From an uncultured Gammaproteobacteria bacterium (lineage in GTDB: Bacteria > Patescibacteriota > Microgenomatia > PFEM01 > JAPLYW01), in contig CAZJJY010000001.1 of NCBI GenBank assembly GCA_964546445.1, positions 1-51,912 on the forward strand: a DNA stretch of 51,912 bases, written 5' to 3'. Below the pieces are notes generated by a model. That model was given only the letters and a program-made list of their open reading frames with translations. It was not told the DNA's origin and ran no database searches. The position numbers and the translations under genes were made by a program. Positions 18,465-26,767 of this stretch are shown piece by piece. How positions within the stretch are numbered: the stretch's first letter is position 1; each line of letters opens with the position of its first letter.

Positions 18465-18673
18465 ATACTTATGGATTAAGGAAAAAACCTAGACTGTCCC
18501 TGTTCCTATCCAAGCTGTCCCAGGAAAAATAATTGTGTCTCTTGTTTGAAGTATTATCTTTCTCTGGAGGAATTGCCAGCCTGTTATTTTCCTTCCGAGG
18601 TAGAAAAAACCCATGATCGAAGTTTTCGAAAATTTATAGAATGCCAGACGGGAAAAGGAGGTGATAATTAATA

Positions 18674-19294
18674 ATGTCTTTTAAAATAAAATCTAAAAAT
18701 ATTCTAAGTATTTTTTTAGTTATAATCTTTGCTTTTGGAATTTTAACGACTTCTGTTTTAAGAGCTTCTGCTCAAACAAGCAGTGAAAATTATCAAATAG
18801 ATTCCTTGACAAAAGAAGAAGCAACTGAAGAAGGGGAATTAACTGAGGAACAAGAAAAAGTTGATTATTTTTTAGTCTATCCAGGGGTTTTACCTGATCA
18901 TTTTCTTTATCCAATCAAAATGGTCAGAGATAGAATTTGGCTTTGGTTAACAATGGACCCTTTGAAGAAAGCTGAGCTTTTGCTTTTGTTTGCTGATAAA
19001 AGATTAGGAGCAGGAAAAGTTTTAATTGAAGGGAATAAAGTTGATTTAGGAGTGACGACCTTTAGTAAAGCAGAGAAATATTTGCAAAGAGCAGCTAATC
19101 AAGAAAGAGTAGCTGCTCAAAAAGATAAAGATACAATGGATTTTGTCAAGAAACTTTATAATGCTTCTCTCAAGCATGAAGAAGTTTTGATGGATTATCA
19201 GGAAAAATGTATAAATGAAAATTCTGAAGCAAGGGATGATATCCTAGAGGTTAACCAACAGGTTCAAGATAAAGCAGAACCACTTTTAGAGTAG
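18674..19294 (+). CDS. Secreted/anchored hypothetical protein (DUF5667-like)
   Basis: 206-aa ORF with an N-terminal signal/TM and the motif PGVLPDHFLYPIKMVRDRIWLWL followed by a helical region. Strong SD AAGGAGGTGA lies 9 nt upstream. The family name is from memory only. Confidence 0.45.
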   Translation: MSFKIKSKNILSIFLVIIFAFGILTTSVLRASAQTSSENYQIDSLTKEEATEEGELTEEQEKVDYFLVYPGVLPDHFLYPIKMVRDRIWLWLTMDPLKKAELLLLFADKRLGAGKVLIEGNKVDLGVTTFSKAEKYLQRAANQERVAAQKDKDTMDFVKKLYNASLKHEEVLMDYQEKCINENSEARDDILEVNQQVQDKAEPLLE

Positions 19295-19420
19295 TTTGCC
19301 TTTTGATGTTTTGTGATACCATAATTAATAGTTGACAGCCTCAGCTAAGTAATTGTTAAATAGTTTTGTCTCAAATTTAAGCCTTCTGCCCGGGCAGGCA
19401 TAGTCTTAATTATTTATTTT

Positions 19421-21688
19421 ATGGCTAAAAAAGATAAACCAAAAAATTATCCTAGTTTTGAGTGGAGTGAACAAGCACTCACCGTTTTAAAGGAAAGATA
19501 TTTAATAAAAAATCCTAAAGGGGAGGCTATAGAAAGCCCAGAAGGGATGTGTTATAGAGTGGCTAAAAGAATCGCCTCGGCCGAAAAAAGCTTTAAAACT
19601 TCTCCTAAAGAAATAGAAAAAATAACCAAAGATTTTTATGAAATGATTGGTAAGAAATGGTTCTTACCAAATTCACCAACATTAATGAATGCTGGAAGAG
19701 ATGATAATTTACAGTATTCTGCCTGTTTTGTTTTACCTATCTATGATTCTATTGTTGGTATTTTTGATGCTTTAAAAGGAGCGGCTTTAATTCATAAATC
19801 AGGTGGAGGAACAGGTTTTGATTTTTCTTCTTTAAGGCCTAAGGGAAGTTTTGTCGGTTCGACTAGAGGAGTGGCTTCAGGCCCAATTTCTTTTATGAGA
19901 ATCTTTGACGCTTCTACAGCTGAAGTTAAACAAGGTGGAATGAGAAGAGGAGCGAATATGGGTATTTTACGCGTTGATCATCCAGATATTTTAGAATTTA
20001 TTGACTGTAAAGCTGAGGGAGGGATTACTAATTTTAATATTTCTGTTGGCGTCGATGATAAATTTATGAGAGCAGCTTCAAAGAAAGGAACTTATTGGCT
20101 AATTGACCCTGCAAATAAGAAGAAGATAAAAAAGCTTAAAGCTAAAGAAGTTCTTGATAAGATTATAGAAAGAGCCTGGCAATCAGGAGATCCAGGCTTA
20201 ATTTTCTTAACTCCAATTAACAAAGGTCCGGCTAACCCTGTTCCTTCCATGGGCCCAATCAGTGCAACCAATCCATGTGGTGAACAGCCATTATATTCTA
20301 ACGAGGCTTGTAATTTAGGAAGTATTAATCTTTCCTTAATGATAAAGAAAAACAAAAAAGATGTTGATTGGGATTTGTTGGAAAAAATTACTCGTTTATC
20401 TACAAGATTTTTAGATAATGTTATTGAAATAAATAATTTCCCCCTAGAAGAAATCAATAAAGTTGTGAAACTTAATCGTCGGATTGGTTTAGGAGTTATG
20501 GGTTGGGCAGATTTACTTTTCCAAATGGAAATTCCTTATAACTCACCAAAAGCCTATCAATTAGGACAGAAAATTATGAAATTTATCAAGAAAACTTCTC
20601 ACGATGAGAGTCAAAAACTGGCCAAAGATAGAGGTCCTTTCCCTAATTTCTCAAAAAGTATTTATAAAAAAGGAGCTCCTTTAAGAAATGCAACCTTAAC
20701 AACCATTGCTCCAACGGGTTCTTTATCCATTATCGCCGGTTGTTCTTCGGGAATAGAACCGCTTTTTGCTCTTGCTTTTAAGCATAAAGCAAATGACAGG
20801 GAATTAACTTTCTTTAATCCTCGTTTCCTTGAAGCAGCAGAAAAATATAAGTTAGACAAAGAAATTTTAGATAATATTGAAAAAGCAGGTTCTTTAGAAA
20901 AAGCTGATGTTCCAGAAAAGCTCAAAAAAGTTTTTATTATTGCCCACCAGGTTGATTGGAAGGGTCATATTGATACCCAAGCTGCTTTCCAAAAAGGAGT
21001 TGATAATGCTGTTTCAAAAACTATTAATTTACCCTTTGAAGCCGATATAAAAGAGGTGGCTAAGGCTTATCTTTATGCTCATAAAAAAGGTTGTTTAGGT
21101 ATTACCGTTTATCGTGATGGTTGTAAAGAAACTCAGGTTTTATATGCCGGTAAAGGAAAAGAACAAAAAGATAAAGAAATTGAACTTAAGATGAAAGCTA
21201 GGCCAGGGGTCATTTCTGGTAAAACTTATCGTATTGAAACACCAGTAGGAACAGCTTATGTTGTCATTAACACAACCGAAGGAGAGCCTTTTGAAATTTT
21301 TGTTAATGTTGGTAAAGCAGGTTCTGATATTGCCGCTGATGCAGAAGCGATCGGACGCTTGGTTTCTTTAAATCTTAGGTTAGGATTTAATTTTTCTTCA
21401 AGAGATGTCTTAGAGCAAATTGTTGATCAACTAGAAGGTATTGGTGGGGGAGAAAGTGTTGGTTTTGGTAAGGACAGAATTCTTTCTTTGGCTGATGGAG
21501 TAGCTAAATCCTTAAAAGAATATTTAATTGGACCTCAGAACGAAGAAGCTTCTCAAGTTGGAGAACAAACAAGTCTTTTGAACGGAACTAAGAAACGTCG
21601 TGATCTTTGTCCTTCCTGTGGTAGAGCGAGTCTGATTTATGAAGAAGGTTGCGCAAAATGCCTCTATTGTGGTTTCAATAAGTGCTAA
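19421..21688 (+). CDS. nrdJ: Class II (adenosylcobalamin-dependent) ribonucleotide reductase
   Basis: 755-aa ORF with the catalytic-Cys context NPCGEQPL, TVYRDGC and a C-terminal 4-Cys knuckle CPSCG...CAKCLYCG. Confidence 0.9.
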   Translation: MAKKDKPKNYPSFEWSEQALTVLKERYLIKNPKGEAIESPEGMCYRVAKRIASAEKSFKTSPKEIEKITKDFYEMIGKKWFLPNSPTLMNAGRDDNLQYSACFVLPIYDSIVGIFDALKGAALIHKSGGGTGFDFSSLRPKGSFVGSTRGVASGPISFMRIFDASTAEVKQGGMRRGANMGILRVDHPDILEFIDCKAEGGITNFNISVGVDDKFMRAASKKGTYWLIDPANKKKIKKLKAKEVLDKIIERAWQSGDPGLIFLTPINKGPANPVPSMGPISATNPCGEQPLYSNEACNLGSINLSLMIKKNKKDVDWDLLEKITRLSTRFLDNVIEINNFPLEEINKVVKLNRRIGLGVMGWADLLFQMEIPYNSPKAYQLGQKIMKFIKKTSHDESQKLAKDRGPFPNFSKSIYKKGAPLRNATLTTIAPTGSLSIIAGCSSGIEPLFALAFKHKANDRELTFFNPRFLEAAEKYKLDKEILDNIEKAGSLEKADVPEKLKKVFIIAHQVDWKGHIDTQAAFQKGVDNAVSKTINLPFEADIKEVAKAYLYAHKKGCLGITVYRDGCKETQVLYAGKGKEQKDKEIELKMKARPGVISGKTYRIETPVGTAYVVINTTEGEPFEIFVNVGKAGSDIAADAEAIGRLVSLNLRLGFNFSSRDVLEQIVDQLEGIGGGESVGFGKDRILSLADGVAKSLKEYLIGPQNEEASQVGEQTSLLNGTKKRRDLCPSCGRASLIYEEGCAKCLYCGFNKC

Positions 21689-21740
21689 TTTTTTAAAAAA
21701 TCTTCTCTTTTGATCTTTCTTATACTATAATAAAAGTAAT

Positions 21741-22106
21741 ATGGCACTGCCCTCAAAGGAAAGTTTTGTTTATAAAGATGAAGGAATAAAAAAAGCTCCT
21801 GTAGTTGAAATTGCAATTTCCCCTGAAGTTCCTGAAGTTGAACAAAGCGAATATATCAAAGAGATTAATAAAGAGGTTAGATTAAAGGAGCCCGTTAGGG
21901 ATGGGACAGGTTTGATTGTCATGAATAATCCCAGCCCTAAAAAGGTAAAAATTGTCTTATCTTTGACAGAGCAAGAAATGAACAAAGCTTTACATTTAAA
22001 AGTTATTTATTCTATTCGATGGTTAGCAGAAGTAATTAAAAGGTTAATGAAAATAGCGAGTGGGACAGTTGAATATCATTATAGAATGCAGGAACAAGGA
22101 ACTTAG
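21741..22106 (+). CDS. Hypothetical protein, coupled to the downstream ATPase
   Basis: 121-aa ORF with no recognisable motif. Its stop is 3 nt before the ATG at 22110. Confidence 0.3.
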   Translation: MALPSKESFVYKDEGIKKAPVVEIAISPEVPEVEQSEYIKEINKEVRLKEPVRDGTGLIVMNNPSPKKVKIVLSLTEQEMNKALHLKVIYSIRWLAEVIKRLMKIASGTVEYHYRMQEQGT

Positions 22107-22109
22107 ATT

Positions 22110-24446
22110 ATGCAACAGACAGAAACTTTGATTTCTAGTTTACAACAAGGAGTGATTTCTTTGTTGATCATTCTCCTTAGCCTAGTTATTTTGTTTATAT
22201 TAGGCTATATTTTTATTTTATGGTGGCGTCATCATAGTCGAGAGGAAAATTCTTTAGATTATGTTTTGCTTCAAGTAGTCGTTCCTTTTGATAATGAAAT
22301 AAAAATTGATGCGGCTGAGCAAATGTTTGCCTCTTTATTTTCGATGAAAAAAGGTGGTATGTTGAGTTTTTTACGTTTGCAACCACATATATCTTTTGAA
22401 ATTGTTGCCAAACACGAAGATATTCATTTTTATATTTCTGTTCCTCTTAAATTAAAAGATATGTTAGAGAAGCAAATTAACGGTGCTTATCCCGATGCAG
22501 AAATTCAAGAAGTACCTGAATATAATCTTTTTTCTACCGGTGGAAGAGTTGCTTTTGCCGAGTATGAATTAAAACAAGCTGCCTACCACCCAATTAAACT
22601 TTATAAAGACCTTCCGACAGATCCTTTATCCTCGATAACAACGGCTTTATCAAAAATGGGTCCTGAAGAAGGAGCCGCTATCCAAATTTTAGTTTCCCCA
22701 GCCGATAAGAAATGGCGAACTTTAGGTAAAAGTTATATTGCTTCTACTAAAAAGTCAGAGTCAGATCCTTCCAAAGCTAAGTTTAAAGTTGATGGAAAAG
22801 CTTTAGAAGCGATTGAAAACAAGTGTAGCAAACCTGGATTTAATACAAATATTAGAGTTGTTGTTTCTTCGCCAACAGAAGAAATGGCCAATGTTCATTT
22901 AAGTAACATTAAATCATCTTTTGAACAATTTTCCTCTGATTTAAACAGTTTTGGTAAAAGAAAAATTTGGTGGAAAACTGGTTTTATGGTTGATTTTATT
23001 TATCGTTATCAGCCAATTCTCAGATGGGGTGGCAATAAGACTGTTCTGAACTCTGAAGAGTTGGCCACAGTTTTCCATTTTCCCAATAAACAGATAGAAA
23101 CTCCTCATATTAATTGGCTTTATTCTAAAAGAGCTCCAGCACCAATCAAAATATCGAAAGAGGGTTTGTATCTAGGTAAGAGTAATTACAGAGGAGTAAC
23201 CAGGCCTGTTCATATTTCAGAAGAAGATAGGCAGAAGCATCTTTATGTTATAGGAAAAACAGGGACAGGGAAGACAGAACTTTTAAAGGATATGATTCTC
23301 CAAGATATTAGAGAAGGAAAAGGAGTTTGTTTAATTGATCCCCATGATTTAGCTGAAGATTTATTAGCTCATATCCCACCAGAAAGAGCAGAGGACGTTA
23401 TTTATTTTGATCCTTCTGATACAGAAAGGCCAATAGGTTTAAATCTTCTTGAAGCGGAAACTGAAGATCAAAAACATATGATCACCACGGCCATTATTAA
23501 CTTGATGTATAAGCTTTATGATCCTTATAAAACCGGTATTATTGGTCCTCGTTTTGAACACGCTGTTCGTAATGCGATGCTGACAGTTATGAGTGAAAAG
23601 GGTAATACCTTTATTGAAGTAGTCCGTTGTTTGACTGACTCTAATTTTGTACAAGAATTACTGCCTAAGGTTAAAGATCCTATTATTGCCAGATATTGGA
23701 CAGATCAAATTGCCCAAACATCTGATTTTCATAAGTCTGAAGTTCTTGATTATATTGTTTCTAAATTTGGAAGATTTGTAACCAACAAAGCGATGAGAAA
23801 TATCATCGGTCAATCAAAATCGTCTTTTGATTTTAGAAAAGTTATGGATGAAGGCAAGATTTTAATTATTAATTTAGCTAAAGGGAAAATAGGAGAGGAA
23901 AATTCTAATTTCCTAGGTTTAATTCTTATTCCTAAAATATTAGCTGCAGCCATGTCTCGATCTGATGTTCCCGAAGAACAAAGAAAAGATTTTTACTTGT
24001 ATGTTGATGAGTTTCAAAACTTTGCTACTCCTGACTTTGCTCAAATTTTATCTGAGGCAAGAAAATTTCATCTTAATTTAACTGTCGCTAATCAGTTTAT
24101 TGGACAAATGGATGAAGAAATTAAAAATGCTATTTTTGGTAATATTGGAACTTTGGTTACCTTTAGAGTTGGGGTAACTGATGCCAGCTATTTGCAGAGA
24201 GAATTTCAACCAGTTTTTGGTGAAGATGATTTATTGAATATAGATAGATTTAATGTTTATATCAAAACAATTGTTAAAAATGAACCAGTTCCAGCCTTTT
24301 CTATGGATTTAACCAAAGATATGGAACAGATGAAGAAACTAGAGAATCCTAAACTAGCCGAAATGATAAAAGAATTATCTAGATTGAAGTATGGTGTTGA
24401 CAGGGAAGTGGTAGAAGTGGAAATCAACCAGCGAGCTAGACTTTAA
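22110..24446 (+). CDS. Membrane-anchored VirD4/TraD/TraG-like (type IV coupling protein-like) P-loop ATPase
   Basis: 778-aa ORF. One N-terminal TM helix, then ~330 aa of unassigned domain, then Walker A GKTGTGKT, Walker B FYLYVDEFQNF and a VANQFIGQ glutamine motif typical of coupling-protein ATPases. Confidence 0.65.
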   Translation: MQQTETLISSLQQGVISLLIILLSLVILFILGYIFILWWRHHSREENSLDYVLLQVVVPFDNEIKIDAAEQMFASLFSMKKGGMLSFLRLQPHISFEIVAKHEDIHFYISVPLKLKDMLEKQINGAYPDAEIQEVPEYNLFSTGGRVAFAEYELKQAAYHPIKLYKDLPTDPLSSITTALSKMGPEEGAAIQILVSPADKKWRTLGKSYIASTKKSESDPSKAKFKVDGKALEAIENKCSKPGFNTNIRVVVSSPTEEMANVHLSNIKSSFEQFSSDLNSFGKRKIWWKTGFMVDFIYRYQPILRWGGNKTVLNSEELATVFHFPNKQIETPHINWLYSKRAPAPIKISKEGLYLGKSNYRGVTRPVHISEEDRQKHLYVIGKTGTGKTELLKDMILQDIREGKGVCLIDPHDLAEDLLAHIPPERAEDVIYFDPSDTERPIGLNLLEAETEDQKHMITTAIINLMYKLYDPYKTGIIGPRFEHAVRNAMLTVMSEKGNTFIEVVRCLTDSNFVQELLPKVKDPIIARYWTDQIAQTSDFHKSEVLDYIVSKFGRFVTNKAMRNIIGQSKSSFDFRKVMDEGKILIINLAKGKIGEENSNFLGLILIPKILAAAMSRSDVPEEQRKDFYLYVDEFQNFATPDFAQILSEARKFHLNLTVANQFIGQMDEEIKNAIFGNIGTLVTFRVGVTDASYLQREFQPVFGEDDLLNIDRFNVYIKTIVKNEPVPAFSMDLTKDMEQMKKLENPKLAEMIKELSRLKYGVDREVVEVEINQRARL

Positions 24447-24488
24447 CCTCCTTTATTGATAAAATTACCTTGATTTTCTTTACATTTT

Positions 24489-24561
24489 GGGCCAGTAACT
24501 CAGTGGTTAGAGTGTTATCCTTATAAGATAAAAGTCGATGGTTCGATTCCATCCTGGCCCA
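24489..24561 (+). tRNA. tRNA-Ile, anticodon UAU
   Basis: Hand-folded cloverleaf: acceptor GGGCCAG/CTGGCCC, D stem ACTC/GAGT, anticodon stem TTATC/GATAA, loop CTTATAA (anticodon TAT at 24522-24524), T stem GATGG/CCATC with a TTCGATT loop, discriminator A. No encoded CCA. Confidence 0.85.
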
Positions 24562-24577
24562 CTTAAATTTCTTCATT

Positions 24578-25771
24578 ATGGAAAAGATAAAGCGTCCTCT
24601 AGCTGATCGTATCCGCCCACAAAAATTAGATGATTTTGTTGGTCAAGAGCATTTAATAGGAAAGAAGGGGTTAATTCGCCAATTAATCGAGTCTGATCAA
24701 ATTCCTTCAATGGTTTTTTGGGGTCCTCCAGGATCAGGAAAGACAACTTTAGCTCAAATCATTGCCGAAACAACTCAAAGCCATTTTTTACATCATTCAG
24801 CTGTGACAACGACTCTTAAAGATGTTCGTCAAGCAGTTGAAGAGGCCAAGGAAAGACTTCAAGCTTACAATAAAAAAACAATTTTCTTTTTAGATGAAAT
24901 CCATCGTTTTAATAAAGCTCAACAAGATGCTTTTTTACCTCATGTCGAATCAGGAACAATAATTTTAATTGGAGCAACAACAGAAAATCCAAGTTTTGAG
25001 GTCATTGGCCCTTTGCTTTCTCGAAGTCGTGTTTTTGTTTTAAACCAACTTTCAATCGAAGATTTAAAGATGATTATTAAAAGGGGTTTGAAAGAACTTA
25101 AGGTGACGATAGAACCAAAGGCACTTAAATTTTTGATTGAACTAAGTGGTGGGGATGCACGAGTAGCTTTAAATGGCATTGAAATTGCTGCTTCAACTTT
25201 AAAAAGAAAAAGAAAAATAGAACTATCTTTAATAAAAGAAGTTTTTCAAAAGAAATCTCTTTTATATGATAAGGGAGGAGAAGAGCATTACAACACTATT
25301 AGCTCTTACTTGAAAAGTATGAGGGCTAGTAATGTTGATGCCGCTCTTTATTATCTGGCAAGGATGGTTGAAGCAGGAGAGGACCCGAAGTTTATAGCCA
25401 GAAGAATGGTTATCTTTGCCTCTGAAGACATTGGGATGGCTCTTCCTACTGCTCTGGTGATTGCCAACGAAGTCTTTAGAGCCTGTGAGATAATAGGATA
25501 TCCTGAATGCACTATCAACCTTGCTCACGGAACAGTCTATCTCGCCAAAGCTCCAAAGGATAGAAGTGCCTATAACGGTCTTAGAGCCGCCCAAGAAGAT
25601 GTCAAGAAATTTGGCAATCTTCCCATCCCTTTACATCTTAGAAATCCAGTTACTAAATTGATGAAAAAAGTGGGGTATGGGAAAGGTTATGAGAAATATC
25701 CTGATAAAGATAAATCATTATTACCTGAGAAATTAAAAGGGAGAAAATACTATAAAAAAACTAACCCTTAA
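24578..25771 (+). CDS. rarA: Replication-associated recombination protein A (AAA+ ATPase)
   Basis: 397-aa ORF with [20 protein letters not shown], and the MgsA C-terminal region [19 protein letters not shown]. Confidence 0.9.
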   Translation: MEKIKRPLADRIRPQKLDDFVGQEHLIGKKGLIRQLIESDQIPSMVFWGPPGSGKTTLAQIIAETTQSHFLHHSAVTTTLKDVRQAVEEAKERLQAYNKKTIFFLDEIHRFNKAQQDAFLPHVESGTIILIGATTENPSFEVIGPLLSRSRVFVLNQLSIEDLKMIIKRGLKELKVTIEPKALKFLIELSGGDARVALNGIEIAASTLKRKRKIELSLIKEVFQKKSLLYDKGGEEHYNTISSYLKSMRASNVDAALYYLARMVEAGEDPKFIARRMVIFASEDIGMALPTALVIANEVFRACEIIGYPECTINLAHGTVYLAKAPKDRSAYNGLRAAQEDVKKFGNLPIPLHLRNPVTKLMKKVGYGKGYEKYPDKDKSLLPEKLKGRKYYKKTNP

Positions 25772-25803
25772 GGTTAGTCTCTAAAATTACATTTTAATTT
25801 AAA

Positions 25804-26670
25804 TTAAAGCTCTTCTATTTTAATTTTCTTTTCGTCACCGATCTCTTTAGTTAAGTCAAGATATTTCTCTGTGGTAGAAAGACGTTTATGTCCAACTAAT
25901 CTTTGGATTAAAACAACGGAAGCCCCATTACTTAGTTGGTGGGCGATAAAGGTATGTCTTAAGTCATTAATAGTTGCATCTGTAATCTCAGCTTGTCTGA
26001 AATAGCGACCAACAATGGTACGAATATTTCTAACTAGAAATGCTCGACCTGTTTTGGTAATAAAAATATTTTTTGTTTTAGTTTTAGATCTAAATTCTAC
26101 CCAACGATCTAAGGATTTTTTAGCTGATTGGTTTAAGACAATATTTCTTTCTGGTTGAGATTCATAGGCTTTAATTATTAATTGATTATCTTTAATATCT
26201 CCTAATTCTAATCTGGCTAATTCTCCAATGCGCATTCCAGTTTGTAAAAGTAATTCGACAACAGTAGATATACGAACATCATTACGAACAGCATCTCTTA
26301 AAGCTCGGTATTCCATTTGAGTTAGAATACGAGGCGGTTTAGCTTCGTAAGTAGGGTACTTAATAGATTCAGCCGGGTTTTTATCAACTAAATCCTGATT
26401 ATTTAAGAATTTAAAGAAAGATTTAATTGAATTAAGTTTTCTTGAGGCTGATTTAGGCAAATATTTATTATAATTAAGATATTCTTTGAAATCTTCAATA
26501 TGTTCTGAAGACACAGAAGTAACTTGAGTAATTTGTTTTTTACCCAAAAAATCAATAAACTGCTTTAAGTCGTTCCCATATGCTAAAATAGTTGAAGACG
26601 ACTTGTTTTGTTTCTTTAAAAAGTCTATAAAATTCTGATAGGCAGTGGTTAAATTTTTTTCATTAGCCAT
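25804..26670 (-). CDS. Tyrosine site-specific recombinase (XerC/XerD-like)
   Basis: 288-aa ORF with an N-terminal SAM-like domain. Catalytic-core motifs TGMRIGELARL, LRHTF and LVGHKRLSTTEKYL (Tyr nucleophile). Confidence 0.85.
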   Translation of the reverse strand: MANEKNLTTAYQNFIDFLKKQNKSSSTILAYGNDLKQFIDFLGKKQITQVTSVSSEHIEDFKEYLNYNKYLPKSASRKLNSIKSFFKFLNNQDLVDKNPAESIKYPTYEAKPPRILTQMEYRALRDAVRNDVRISTVVELLLQTGMRIGELARLELGDIKDNQLIIKAYESQPERNIVLNQSAKKSLDRWVEFRSKTKTKNIFITKTGRAFLVRNIRTIVGRYFRQAEITDATINDLRHTFIAHQLSNGASVVLIQRLVGHKRLSTTEKYLDLTKEIGDEKKIKIEEL

Positions 26671-26718
26671 AGAAGCTAAAAGAAGGCAGGTTTAAATAAT
26701 ATTACCTATGAACCTAAA

Positions 26719-26747
26719 GGTGTTATAGGTTAATCCTATAATAACAC
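26719..26747. promoter_or_regulatory. Imperfect palindrome in the xer/ftsB divergent region
   Basis: GGTGTTATAGG-TTAAT-CCTATAATAACAC. The perfect core is TTATAGG/CCTATAA. It covers a plus-strand TATAAT (26737-26742) and the minus-strand TATTAT. Confidence 0.4.
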
Positions 26748-26766
26748 TTTAGAAACATACTGTCAA
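26738..26766 (-). promoter_or_regulatory. Sigma70-like promoter for the recombinase gene
   Basis: On the minus strand: TTGACA (26766-26761), 17-nt spacer gtatgtttctaaagtgt, then TATTAT (26743-26738). Confidence 0.45.
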
Positions 26767-26767
26767 C

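Noticed and set aside
18560-18620. An SRP (4.5S) RNA on the minus strand, suggested by CUCGGAAGGAA resembling the CCGGAAGGAAGC tetraloop region.
   Set aside because: The flanking conserved elements are absent (the UCAGG 5' strand and the AGCA 3' strand of the symmetric loop), and no closing helix could be drawn.
19295-19420. A cobalamin riboswitch or NrdR boxes upstream of the B12-dependent RNR.
   Set aside because: No B12-box-like core and no tandem 16-bp NrdR-type palindromes are visible. Only the short GC palindrome reported separately is present.
21741-26670. A genomic island or integrative element, suggested by a coupling-type ATPase, a tRNA gene and a tyrosine recombinase lying within 5 kb.
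   Set aside because: I found no direct repeat of the tRNA-Ile 3' half elsewhere in the window. The housekeeping gene rarA sits between the tRNA and the recombinase. The recombinase looks Xer-like with its own promoter. There are no relaxase, phage or transposase genes.
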